NCBI GenBank assembly: GCA_030647655.1
Contig: JAUSJH010000009.1
Location: 18,196-82,195, forward strand
From: a bacterium
Lineage (GTDB): Bacteria > Patescibacteriota > Minisyncoccia > Phycocordibacterales > UBA2100
DNA: 64,000 nucleotides
Reading direction: 5' to 3'
In this document: in pieces, positions 17,711 to 27,247 of the stretch
Layout of the letters: each line of letters starts with the position of its first letter
Position numbering within the stretch: position 1 is the first letter of the stretch
Made by a program: the position numbers and the translations under genes
The notes under the pieces: generated by a model
Database searches by the model: none
What the model was told of the DNA's origin: nothing
What the model saw: only the letters and a program-made list of their open reading frames with translations

Positions 17711-18262
17711 CTATGCGACGTCGTCCGTTTTCTCAAGCTGCTTGATGCGCAATTCAAGCTCATGGGTGCGCTCCCTAATGGCTCTCTTTAGTTTGACGGC
17801 ATAGTCGCGAAGGTTCTCCTCTGTCTCTTTTCTCCTAGTAATATCTTCCATAGCAAGCAATACTATGGGGCGCTTGGCTTTCGGAGCGTAAATCCTGCGC
17901 GCATTCAAGCAAATTATTTTCCGTCCTATCCTTGGGAAGTCATGATCAACCTCGTAATTAGCAAAAAACGTGCTCTTGGGAAGGATCTTGCCTAAAAGCT
18001 TACGCAAAGCCGGAATATTCCACTGACCATCACCGAGCTTGTATACAAGCGTATGCTCCGTTGCCTTCTTTGTAACGCGAAAAAATCTATAGAAGGTTTT
18101 ATTTGCCGAAAGTACCCGCAGATTCTCATCAAGGATGAGAAAGGGTTCACGAGCAGTATCTATGACGGTAGAAATGTATGCCCACGCGACACTCCACATC
18201 ACGTCTCCTTCAGGTAGGATGTCCGAGTGTTTTTTCGCTGTTTTCTTTGCCAAATGTTTCAT
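17711..18262 (-). CDS. Stand-alone PAS domain protein with C-terminal coiled coil
   Basis: REPFLILD..LRV.SAN..FY..F....W.IP.LR.LL..ILP....FP.IG......NARR.....LLAMEDIT, like the PAS of CheB/CheR fusion proteins. Confidence 0.8.
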   Translation of the reverse strand: MKHLAKKTAKKHSDILPEGDVMWSVAWAYISTVIDTAREPFLILDENLRVLSANKTFYRFFRVTKKATEHTLVYKLGDGQWNIPALRKLLGKILPKSTFFANYEVDHDFPRIGRKIICLNARRIYAPKAKRPIVLLAMEDITRRKETEENLRDYAVKLKRAIRERTHELELRIKQLEKTDDVA

Positions 18263-18288
18263 GATGGAGCGAATCCATCATACGGACG

Positions 18289-19386
18289 CTATGATGAGGA
18301 TAGGGTGAAGGAGAAAGTGGTCCCTCGCCCGACGACGCTTTTCATGGTGAGCCTCTCGTGATGTCTTTTCATGATCTCTCTCGATATATAGAGTCCCAAT
18401 CCCGTTCCGGCGACATCTACCACAGCAGTATCATCTCCGCGGAAAAAGCGGGTGAATATCTTCCGTTGGTCTTTCTTCCCGATACCGGTACCGAAATCCT
18501 CTACAGAAATGATGCACTTATTCTTTCGAGCGCCGACGCGTACGAGTACCTTATTGGAACGAGGAGAATATTTGACGGCATTGGTAAGAAGGTTTATCAA
18601 CACTTGTACGATGCGCGCACGATCTGCGCGCACCTGAAACCCGAGCGTTCCTTTTTTGCAGATAATTTTGTGCGTTGGGGCGCTATTTTGAAAGTCTCGG
18701 ATGACCATTGTAACGAGCGCGCTTGGATTAAAGACTTCTTTACGAAGTTCCAATGTACCACTTTCTAATTTACTCACGACAAGCAAATCCTCGACAAGCC
18801 TCGTAAGCCGGGCCGTTTGAGTTTGCATGTCACGCAACATATGCAGATTCTTTTTATCACTTTCCAACTGCAGACCCTTTGCCAAGAGTTCTGAATAGAG
18901 GGCAAGCGTCGTGATCGGATTTTTCATCTCGTGGGATGCAATGCCAATGTATTCCTCACGCTTCTTCTCGCGCGCTTTTTGTTGCGTAATATCCTGTGTG
19001 ACCAAAACGAAAAATGTGGCGCCCCTCTTGCCCTCTCTGACGCGCGTAATAAAGACCCTGGCCCAAAAATGTGAGCCGTCTTTCCGTACACGGATACCCT
19101 CAGCAGTAAAGCCCCCTTTCTGCGCCGCCATTGCGAGAGCCTTTATGAATACCTCCTGGCGTATTTCTTCTTTTGAGAAAAAGATGGAATAATTTTTTCC
19201 TAGTACTTCTTTTGCACCATATCCCATCATTCTCTCCGCGCTCATATTCCAGCTGATGATACGGCCGGTATTATCGAGCATGCATATCCCATGCCCATTC
19301 GTATTATCAAAAAGTAGACGAAGTCGGCCACCGTCGCTTTCGTCGGCGATTTTTGTTGCGTATTTTCTTGCGTGAAGAGATTTCAT
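18289..19386 (-). CDS. Cytoplasmic PAS-domain sensor histidine kinase
   Basis: PAS (LD..G.I.SWN..AE...GY, RKDGS.FW, DIT), ASHEMKNP, NLLTNAVKY, DFGTGI, GTGLGL. Confidence 0.92.
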   Translation of the reverse strand: MKSLHARKYATKIADESDGGRLRLLFDNTNGHGICMLDNTGRIISWNMSAERMMGYGAKEVLGKNYSIFFSKEEIRQEVFIKALAMAAQKGGFTAEGIRVRKDGSHFWARVFITRVREGKRGATFFVLVTQDITQQKAREKKREEYIGIASHEMKNPITTLALYSELLAKGLQLESDKKNLHMLRDMQTQTARLTRLVEDLLVVSKLESGTLELRKEVFNPSALVTMVIRDFQNSAPTHKIICKKGTLGFQVRADRARIVQVLINLLTNAVKYSPRSNKVLVRVGARKNKCIISVEDFGTGIGKKDQRKIFTRFFRGDDTAVVDVAGTGLGLYISREIMKRHHERLTMKSVVGRGTTFSFTLSSS

Positions 19387-19608
19387 ACGGCGAAGTTAGC
19401 GCCACATCGTGGACACTACTACCTCCGGACGACCCAAAAGAGCCTCCTCTCTAAGCGGTTTGGCTGCGCGTTCACGACATTAACATGTTCTTTTATTGGG
19501 ATGCACATATCTTTTCCTCGTCAAGAGGGTACAACTTGTGTAAAACCCTGTATAACTTGTGGACAGGGTCCTAAACAGTACCCTATCGTGCCGATATATC
19601 AAAGACAC

Positions 19609-19641
19609 TTCATCAAAGCTTCATGGACTATGAGGTATAAG
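19609..19641 (+). promoter_or_regulatory. Direct-repeat box plus weak -10 (site 4 of 4)
   Basis: Plus strand TTCAT-CAAAGC-TTCAT-N11-TATAAG. Confidence 0.55.
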
Positions 19642-19728
19642 AGATAAGCACTCATCGAACCGACAGGGACATAGGTGCACTATAGAGGAGCTAGAAGAAG
19701 CTCCCATTTTGGGTTTTGGACAACATAT

Positions 19729-21063
19729 ATGGTTAACAAAACACAACCTAAGCCCAACGCAAAACGCATTCCACGGGCGGATGTTCGCTTTGGTGCAGCA
19801 GTGGTCGCAAGGGACATCGCCGAGCAAAAAAGGGCAGCGGATTTGGTGATTGCCAACAAAGAACTTGTCTTTCAAAACAAAGAGAAAGAAAAGCGCGCGG
19901 CAGAGTTAGTCATAGCCAACAAAGAACTTGCCTTTCAAAACAACGAAAAGGAGAAACGAGCTGCGGAGTTAGTGATTGCCAACAAAGAACTTGCCTTTCA
20001 GGCTAAACTAGAGCAATCCCTCTCGTATGCACAGGGTATTTTAGGCACGATGCGAGAACCTTTGCTGGTCTTGGATAAAGAATTGCGCATAAAGACCGCA
20101 AACGAGGCCTTTTACATGATGTTCGCTATTACTGAGAAAGATACCGAAGGAGCGCTCATTTACGAATTGAAGAACCGCCGGTGGGACACGCCGCGACTGC
20201 GAGAAGCACTTGAAAAGATCCTTCCCCAGAAATCATCTTTCCATGATCTTGAGATCACATTCGACTTCCCAGGGCTCGGGTCGAAAATCATGTTGTTCAA
20301 TGGACGCAGGCTTATTCAAAGTGAAGTGGGCGAAGAGCTCATCCTTCTTGCGATGCAAGATATCACCGAGCAAACACTCCTCCAAAAGCGTAACGACAGC
20401 TTCATGAGTATGGCAAGTCACGAGCTCAAAACGCCGGTGACCACAATTAAAACGCTCGTGCAAATACTTCAGAAGCAATATGAAAAAAGCGACGATAAGA
20501 CGCTTGTCGGATATCTCATGCGAATGGGACAGCAAATCGACCAGCTGACGAAACTCGTGACCGACCTCTTGGATGTCTCGAAGATCAAAGCCGATAAATT
20601 TGAGCTCGAGGAAAAGACCTTTGATTTCGACCCGCTTGCCTTAGAACTTGTTACCAGTTGCCAGTTCCTCTCACTCGACCATACGATCGTGCTTCGAGGC
20701 AAAACAAACGAAAAAGTCTGTGGGGATCGCAATGCGATAGGCAGAGTATTCACCAACATCATTGTGAATGCGATCAAGTATGCACCGAGCGCGGATGAGA
20801 TTATTGTTACGCTCTCTCATACCAAGAGGGACGTCTGTGTGAGTATCCAGGATTTTGGCATAGGTATTGCACAGGGTCATATAGATAAGATATTTCAGCG
20901 TTTCTTTCAGGTCGATAACGAAAGTGGACAGAACTTTTCTGGGCTTGGAATCGGGCTCTATATTACTCAAGCTATCGTGACGCAACACAAGGGTCGCATA
21001 TGGGTTGAGAGTAGGGAGGGCCAAGGCTCTACGTTCATCTTCACATTCCCAATAGCGGTGTAG
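19729..21063 (+). CDS. Cytoplasmic histidine kinase with tandem coiled-coil repeats and a PAS domain
   Basis: Three KRAAELVIANKELAFQ repeats, PAS, ASHELKTP, NAIKY, DFGIGI, GLGIGL. Start placed at MVNK. Confidence 0.92.
   Translation: MVNKTQPKPNAKRIPRADVRFGAAVVARDIAEQKRAADLVIANKELVFQNKEKEKRAAELVIANKELAFQNNEKEKRAAELVIANKELAFQAKLEQSLSYAQGILGTMREPLLVLDKELRIKTANEAFYMMFAITEKDTEGALIYELKNRRWDTPRLREALEKILPQKSSFHDLEITFDFPGLGSKIMLFNGRRLIQSEVGEELILLAMQDITEQTLLQKRNDSFMSMASHELKTPVTTIKTLVQILQKQYEKSDDKTLVGYLMRMGQQIDQLTKLVTDLLDVSKIKADKFELEEKTFDFDPLALELVTSCQFLSLDHTIVLRGKTNEKVCGDRNAIGRVFTNIIVNAIKYAPSADEIIVTLSHTKRDVCVSIQDFGIGIAQGHIDKIFQRFFQVDNESGQNFSGLGIGLYITQAIVTQHKGRIWVESREGQGSTFIFTFPIAV
19828..20001 (+). repeat. 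63-bp (21-aa) coding tandem repeat, about 2.8 copies
   Basis: Units start at 19828, 19891 and 19954, each containing GCCAACAAAGAACTTG. Confidence 0.9.
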
Positions 21064-21075
21064 GAGGAAACGCAT

Positions 21076-21450
21076 ATGAACGCTGCTTCTGCCAAGAAGA
21101 AAAAGGTATTGGTCATCGACGACAATACGGGGATTTTGTTTGCCATGCAGCAAGCATTGGGACTAAAAGATTATGAGGTGCGTATTTCTGAAACATTCGT
21201 TGGGGTCGATGCGATAGTAAGAAACCCGCCCGACCTCATCTATCTTGATATATCTCTTGTCGGACAGGATGGACGTGAGGTCGCTCAAAAACTAAAAAGT
21301 GACGTGAGGACAAAAGATATTCCGATTATTATTCTTACCGCGTACCCAAACGCAGGCGAACTGGCAAAGGAAGCTGGAGCAGACGACTACCTTCCAAAAC
21401 CTTTTGAACTTGAACATCTCTGGGAAATGACGGCGAAGTACACGTCGTGA
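21076..21450 (+). CDS. Single-domain response regulator (CheY-like receiver)
   Basis: VLVIDD, PDLIYLDI....DG, IILTA, GADDYLPKPF. Confidence 0.93.
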   Translation: MNAASAKKKKVLVIDDNTGILFAMQQALGLKDYEVRISETFVGVDAIVRNPPDLIYLDISLVGQDGREVAQKLKSDVRTKDIPIIILTAYPNAGELAKEAGADDYLPKPFELEHLWEMTAKYTS

Positions 21451-21463
21451 GATAAAACTCTCT

Positions 21464-22696
21464 TTACCTTCTTATAAACTGGCGCGACGCCTCTTCAAGC
21501 CTCTCGAGGGCAAGGGCGAATGCGGCGCGGCGGAGATCGGTCTTTAATTTCTTGCTTCGTTCCCACACGTTTTTCGCCTCGCGCTCCAAGAGCTCGCGGA
21601 GTTTATCGAGCACATCTTTTTCGCTCCAATGTTCGTTTTTGAGGTTCTGCTCCCACTCGTAAGTAGAAACAACGACCCCGCCGGCATTCGCGAGAATGTC
21701 GGGGACGACTACGACTCCGCGCTCAAACAAAATATCGTCCGCTTCGGTCGTGGTCGGGCCATTCGCAAGCTCGAGCACCACTTTTGCCTTAATATTCTTC
21801 GCATTTCCTTTCGTGATTTGGTTTTCAAGAGCTGCGGGAACCAATACATCGCACGATAATTCGAGAAGCTTTTCATTCGGGATTTGTTCTGCATTCGGGA
21901 ATCCTTTCAGGCTCCCGTTTTCTTTTTTGTACTTCTCAACCTCCGCTGGGTCCAGTCCACTCTCGGAATAAATCCCTCCTTTTGAGTCCGACATCGCGAC
22001 GACCGTGTGCCCGTGCTCCACAAAAATCTTGGCCGTGCCCCCACCCACGTTCCCCATCCCCTGCACCACTACTACAGTCTTGTCGGGCAATCCTATGCGC
22101 GAGCGCAGGGCTTCAAAAACATAAAAACCGCCGGCGCTTGTCGCCGCACCCCTGCCTTCGGAACCTCCGCAGATTAGTGCCTTGCCCGTGAAAGCGGCGT
22201 TGCGCGTGTCCCCTGTGAGCTTTGCATATTCTTCCGACATCCAGCACATGATCTCGGGTGTTGTATTTACATCGGGCGCCGGAATATCCTGATCGGGCCC
22301 CAGAAGCGTGTAAAACGCCCGCACCCAGCCTCGAGAAAGACGCTCCACTTCGGCCGCCGAAAGCTCACGCGGGTCAACGGTTATTCCCCCCTTGCCTCCG
22401 CCCATAGGGATGCCCGCAAGCGCGCACTTCATCGTCATCCAAAATGCGAGCGCGCGTACTTCGTTGATGTCGGTTTGCGAGTGGAAACGGACCCCGCCTT
22501 TGTACGGACCGCGGAGGGAGGAATACTGTACACGGTACCCCTCAAACATCCGGAGCGTGCCATCATCCATCGTGACGGGAATCGAGACGGTCACCTCTCT
22601 CTCCGGTTTTAAAAGCCTTTTGTGCAGATCCTCGGTAATGGGCGAGGCCGCGATCGCGCGATCGAGCTGTTTTTGTGCTTCGTCAAAAGCATTCAC
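21464..22696 (-). CDS. gdhA: Glu/Leu/Phe/Val dehydrogenase (glutamate dehydrogenase)
   Basis: GPYKGGVRFH, MTMKC, GGGKGG, DIPAPDVNT, QGMGNVG, ELANGP, PDILANAGGV. Confidence 0.93.
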   Translation of the reverse strand: MNAFDEAQKQLDRAIAASPITEDLHKRLLKPEREVTVSIPVTMDDGTLRMFEGYRVQYSSLRGPYKGGVRFHSQTDINEVRALAFWMTMKCALAGIPMGGGKGGITVDPRELSAAEVERLSRGWVRAFYTLLGPDQDIPAPDVNTTPEIMCWMSEEYAKLTGDTRNAAFTGKALICGGSEGRGAATSAGGFYVFEALRSRIGLPDKTVVVVQGMGNVGGGTAKIFVEHGHTVVAMSDSKGGIYSESGLDPAEVEKYKKENGSLKGFPNAEQIPNEKLLELSCDVLVPAALENQITKGNAKNIKAKVVLELANGPTTTEADDILFERGVVVVPDILANAGGVVVSTYEWEQNLKNEHWSEKDVLDKLRELLEREAKNVWERSKKLKTDLRRAAFALALERLEEASRQFIRR

Positions 22697-22699
22697 GGT

Positions 22700-24049
22700 C
22701 TATATTTTCAAATTGACTGTGACGAACGCGGTTTGATGCGAACCGTCTGGGGCAATGCACGAAATGGTAAAGGTGGTCGCGGAGATGATAGGGACGGTCG
22801 CGGAACCGCCGGAGAGCGACGACTGGTTGAAACTGCCGTCGGGCGACGTTTCGGTGCAGTTCGTTACGCCCTGCGTGTTCCAGAAGATGGAGGTGCGCGA
22901 GCCGAGTGAGACCGTGGCCGGCACCGCCCAGATGTCTACCTTTGCTTGAATGGTCGGGGTCGTTGTTGCAGGTGTCGATGTGGAGACCACCGGTTTGGGC
23001 CGAGGGGTTTGTGTCAATACGGGCGCTTGCGAAGTTGCCGCCGGGGGTGTCCCTACAGGATAGCCGCGCCACGCGCAGAGACCGTCGAAAAATGAGGGGG
23101 CGACTATTTTCGAGAGGAAGTTGCTCGCCCACGGACGCGACTGACACCACTGGCCGACGAGCCCTTGGGGTACGTTTTCGCCGAACGTTTCGGTACCGTA
23201 GAAGCCGGCGACTTCGGTATTATTTTGTACATCACGCGTACCGGCGACAACGGTGGCACCCGTTCCTGTGACTTGTATGTCTCCGCGAGCGCCCCCCGGC
23301 GGAGTCGTAGCACTGATGGGGCTCGTGGTCGTTGCAAAAATGACGCGTCGAAACGGTACTAGTGGTGTGGTGGGCGTGGTTGCGGTCGTGGTCGTGCTGG
23401 TGGTCGCCCTTAAGATAGTGTTGATATTCTGGCTCGTATTTGTGTTTGTGTTCAGATTCGCACTGGTGGTGGTGTTCTGGTTCGTGGTGGTGCCGGTACA
23501 TAGACCAAGTACCTGATTGATAAGACTGCATCCTCCAGTGTTGTTAGCGGGAGGTAGTATATTATTTGAAGTCGGCGGCACATAACGCGCGCATGGGTTT
23601 GAGAGCTGTGACACGTCCGAGGTGTCGAAAGAGTTCCCGAGACAGCCACCCGTGTTGGTCTGAGAAGTCGGTGGTGGCATCGAGGATGGTGGTGTTGGAG
23701 GCGGTGGCGGCTGAGACATGAGCTTGCCAAAAAGTTCGCCAAGCGCCTTCATCACCTGATCGAGCCCGGTGCCACCTGATTGGCCCGCACCAGAGAACTT
23801 GTCGGCATGGCATTGTGTCAGCTCGCAGTGCCCTGTCGTAACGCCGTTGGTAGGGTCTGTGCATACCACTGGTTTACATGTGATATATGGATCTTTTTTT
23901 TGCGCAATAGCTTTCTGGACGCAGATATTACAGGTTATATTTGAAACAACGCTTGCGCCGCCTTGTGCATGAACGAACTTGGGAAGAGTTTCGAATGCCG
24001 CGACAGCAATCAGAAGCGCGCTAAATACAATACTGAGCGAAACACGCAT
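22700..24049 (-). CDS. Secreted Cys/Pro/Thr-rich protein, distant relative of paralogs A/B
   Basis: Signal peptide (..VHAQ), Cys-rich head, MKALG...LMSQPPPPP linker. C-terminal TSIFWNT.G...C..TSPD..F....PI....F...C domain. Confidence 0.75.
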   Translation of the reverse strand: MRVSLSIVFSALLIAVAAFETLPKFVHAQGGASVVSNITCNICVQKAIAQKKDPYITCKPVVCTDPTNGVTTGHCELTQCHADKFSGAGQSGGTGLDQVMKALGELFGKLMSQPPPPPTPPSSMPPPTSQTNTGGCLGNSFDTSDVSQLSNPCARYVPPTSNNILPPANNTGGCSLINQVLGLCTGTTTNQNTTTSANLNTNTNTSQNINTILRATTSTTTTATTPTTPLVPFRRVIFATTTSPISATTPPGGARGDIQVTGTGATVVAGTRDVQNNTEVAGFYGTETFGENVPQGLVGQWCQSRPWASNFLSKIVAPSFFDGLCAWRGYPVGTPPAATSQAPVLTQTPRPKPVVSTSTPATTTPTIQAKVDIWAVPATVSLGSRTSIFWNTQGVTNCTETSPDGSFNQSSLSGGSATVPIISATTFTISCIAPDGSHQTAFVTVNLKI

Positions 24050-24061
24050 ACAGAAATACTA

Positions 24062-24721
24062 TCACACCCCCGAAAGTACGAAACGTTCTAGTGCATACTC
24101 CAGTTCCTCCCCGCGGCGGCGGGCTTCGTGCGGGAGCTCGGCAAGCTCGGCAATCAGCTTTTTAGCCCGATTGTGTGCGCCCGTCGCCTCCTGCCTGCCG
24201 GCAGGCAGGGACTTCATGAACAGGTCTTTCACCGCCCAGAAAAGCACGCCGTGTATCGCCTCCGGCGCCGTGCCTTTGGCAAGCTCACGCTGATACCCGA
24301 CCCAAAGCGCCTTCTTATCCTTTCGCGCGAGCGCATTTGAGAGCCCGAAGATACTGCCGTCTCTTTTTTTGCCCGCGGCGTCATACCGCTCCGTCTTTTC
24401 CGCATACTTCTCTATTTTCTTGCGCACATCCGCGAGAGGTTTCTCTTCCAAGATGAAAAAGGTTTCCGAAGATTTCTTCATCGCAGGAAGCGCACTTTCG
24501 GCGAGCGGCATCATTTCTTCGTTCGCGAATACTCCGTCGAGCACGACAACACGGGCTTCCCCGAACATTCCCGCACCTTGGAGAGTCGCGCGAAGGTCCT
24601 CGGAAGTATGCGCGTCGGAAATACGCACGACGCGCACATTCTCCTTCGGCAATTTCTTTATCGCCGCATCCATCGCCGCGCGAGTCTTTTCCCTGTCCGT
24701 TCCCACAAAAAAATACATCAT
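24062..24721 (-). CDS. holA: DNA polymerase III delta subunit-like (short HolA)
   Basis: Y.F.G.D, GMFG...VVVLD, IF.L..AL..KD...LW, IHG.LFW. Downstream of polA. Confidence 0.65.
   Translation of the reverse strand: MMYFFVGTDREKTRAAMDAAIKKLPKENVRVVRISDAHTSEDLRATLQGAGMFGEARVVVLDGVFANEEMMPLAESALPAMKKSSETFFILEEKPLADVRKKIEKYAEKTERYDAAGKKRDGSIFGLSNALARKDKKALWVGYQRELAKGTAPEAIHGVLFWAVKDLFMKSLPAGRQEATGAHNRAKKLIAELAELPHEARRRGEELEYALERFVLSGV
24190..24209. repeat. Perfect 20-bp palindrome inside holA
   Basis: CCTGCCTGCCGGCAGGCAGG. A variant TCTGCCTGCTGGCAGGCAGG lies at 26193-26212 in polA. Confidence 0.85.
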
Positions 24722-27156
24722 GAGTGTTTTATCCTCTCCATACTACCCCAATTTTGTCCGAGGCTCGCTTCGGCGACAATAGGTACGCCCCCCAATTCTT
24801 TTGCACCGACGACCGATTCCATCACACTGCGTATCGCTCGGGCCGCTTCTTCGGCAATTCTTTCATCAAGCTCATATACAAGTTCGTCGTGTACTTGGAG
24901 CACGAGTTTTGCTTTCTCCCTCCAGCCATTCTTTTCTATGAGTCTGTCGGCCTCAATCATCGCGAGCTTGATTATGTCGGCTTGCGTCCCCTGTATCGGC
25001 GCATTTATCGCCATGCGCTCGGCTTGTGCACGTAAGGAAGGGAGAGAGGATTTGAACTCTGGGAAATATCGGCGTCGCCCGAAGAGTGTTTCTGTATAGC
25101 CTTTGCGAGCCGCTTCCGCTTTAGCGTGCTCTATGTAGCGCGCAAGTCCTGAAAAATCCTTGAAATATTCGGATAGGAATTTTGCGGCTTCATCGCGCGA
25201 GACAGATTCGCCAAGGTTTACTCGAAGCGCATTGACTCCCATGCCGTACAAAATACCGAAGTTGATTACCTTTGCGCGTCGTCGCATCTCGTAATCCACC
25301 GATTCCGGCGGCACGTCGAAGACCTCGGCGGCGACGGCTGCGTGCACGTCGCCGCCGCTTTTGAATACGCGGATGAGCTTCTCGTCGCCGGAGAGCCCCG
25401 CCGCGATACGAAGCTCTATCTGCGAATAATCGAGTGCCGCGAGCACTTTCCCTTCGGGTGCCGAGAATGCGCCGCGGATGCGGCGCCCCAAATCGGATTT
25501 GATGGGGATGTTCTGAAGATTCGGATTTTGGCATCCCATGCGGCCCGTTGTGGTTCCAGTCTGCAGAAATTCCGCACGCAAACGGTTGTCCTCCCCAAGA
25601 AGCGCGGGCATTTTTTCGATGTAGGTCGAGAGAAGTTTTTGTAGCTCGCGATACGCGAGGATGTCGGCGATTATCGGATGAAGGTCGGAGAGTTTCTCGA
25701 GCTCACTCTCTTTTGTCGTTCGCGCCCCCGTCGGCGTTTTCTTCTGTTTCGCGGGATTTATCTTGAGTTCGTCGTAGAGAATGGTCGCGAGTTGTTTGGG
25801 TGAATTGATATTGAATTCATGCCCTGCATGCGAGTAGATCTTTCCCGCGAGACGCCCGAGCTCTTTCCCGTATTCCCGCGCAAGTTCTTTAAGGTGTGGG
25901 GCATCAATATAGACTCCCGTCTTATTCATACGTTGCACGATAGGGATGAGTGGTTTTTCTATTTTCTCGAATACTTCACGTAATCGGCCGGTTCCGCGCA
26001 GTTCTTCAAATATCTTTCCACGTGCTTTCTCAAAATCGTCTGTGTTCGCAGTGCTCAAAATATCGTCGAGTGTCGGGCTGGTCGTATCTGAATGCAGAAG
26101 CCACAGTGCAAGCGCTGTCTCGCGTAGAGCCTCCTCGTCCACGACAGGACGCTCTTCAGCTGACTTTGTAGCAATATCGCGTCCGCCCTGCGTCTGCCTG
26201 CTGGCAGGCAGGAATCGGCCTACGGAGGATACACGTTCTTTGAGCGAGCGAAATTCGAGCTTGTCGCACAGCGCCGAGATCCCGTCCGCGTGATCGCTAA
26301 TACGCCACGGGTGATCTGGCAACTCGAATTTCACCGGCGCATCGCGACGTATGGTCGCGAGATGCTTGGAGAAGAGTGCGGCCTCCTTTCCTTCTTCGAG
26401 AAGTCTTACCGTGCGCGATTTTATTCCTTTCTTCTCAAACTCTTTCGGACCTTTCTTTAGTGCTTTGTATATCTGCTCTATCGAGCCGAATGCTTGGATG
26501 AGCTCGGTCGCCGTCTTTTCTCCAATCCCTTTAATGCCTTTGATGTTGTCGGACTGGTCGCCGCACATGCCTTTGAAATCCGTCACGTGTTCCGGCCCGA
26601 AGCCGTAGCGCTCGCGCACGGCATCTTCATCATAGAATTTCATGTTGGAAATCCCCGTGAGAAGCCGGTAGACCGTTACGCGGCCGTCGACAATAAGCTG
26701 AAGCATGTCCATGTCGCCCGTGAGAATTACCGTCTCCAGATCTTTCCTGCCGGCAATTTGTGTCGCCACCGTGCCGACGACGTCGTCAGCCTCGAATCCG
26801 GCGGCATCCAATACCGGAATGCCAAAAGCATCAAACACATCGTTCGCGCGAGCAAGCTGTTGGACCAGTGCTTCTTCGGTCTTGGCGCGCGTGCCCTTGT
26901 AATCCTCGAACAATTCGTGTCGATGGGTTTTCTCGGCGCGATCGCGCGCGGCCACGATATAGTCGGGCTTCAGGTCGGCAATCGATTTGAGCAACATCGT
27001 CATGAGCCCGTAGAGAGCGCCCGTGGGAGCACCGTCGGAAGACGAAAGGTCGGGCAGCGCGTGGTACGCGCGATGCAGTATCGCGTGCGAATCAAGAAGC
27101 AGGAGGCGTTTGGGCTTTTCTCTCGTATTTTTTGTGTTGATTTTCTTCTTGGTCAT
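24718..27156 (-). CDS. polA: DNA polymerase I (5'-3' exonuclease + polymerase; 3'-5' exonuclease region largely absent)
   Basis: LLD..A..HRAYHA, EADD, TGD.D, TTTGR, PNLQNIP, DYSQIELR, AKVINFGILYG, QVHDEL. Confidence 0.97.
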   Translation of the reverse strand: MTKKKINTKNTREKPKRLLLLDSHAILHRAYHALPDLSSSDGAPTGALYGLMTMLLKSIADLKPDYIVAARDRAEKTHRHELFEDYKGTRAKTEEALVQQLARANDVFDAFGIPVLDAAGFEADDVVGTVATQIAGRKDLETVILTGDMDMLQLIVDGRVTVYRLLTGISNMKFYDEDAVRERYGFGPEHVTDFKGMCGDQSDNIKGIKGIGEKTATELIQAFGSIEQIYKALKKGPKEFEKKGIKSRTVRLLEEGKEAALFSKHLATIRRDAPVKFELPDHPWRISDHADGISALCDKLEFRSLKERVSSVGRFLPASRQTQGGRDIATKSAEERPVVDEEALRETALALWLLHSDTTSPTLDDILSTANTDDFEKARGKIFEELRGTGRLREVFEKIEKPLIPIVQRMNKTGVYIDAPHLKELAREYGKELGRLAGKIYSHAGHEFNINSPKQLATILYDELKINPAKQKKTPTGARTTKESELEKLSDLHPIIADILAYRELQKLLSTYIEKMPALLGEDNRLRAEFLQTGTTTGRMGCQNPNLQNIPIKSDLGRRIRGAFSAPEGKVLAALDYSQIELRIAAGLSGDEKLIRVFKSGGDVHAAVAAEVFDVPPESVDYEMRRRAKVINFGILYGMGVNALRVNLGESVSRDEAAKFLSEYFKDFSGLARYIEHAKAEAARKGYTETLFGRRRYFPEFKSSLPSLRAQAERMAINAPIQGTQADIIKLAMIEADRLIEKNGWREKAKLVLQVHDELVYELDERIAEEAARAIRSVMESVVGAKELGGVPIVAEASLGQNWGSMERIKHS

Positions 27157-27247
27157 GCAAGACAAGAATACGCCCTTCTACGTGTATCTCAAACGTGAGG
27201 TTTTTCACAGCGGTACTGTAGCGTCGGCTGTTTTCTGAGAGTACAAC

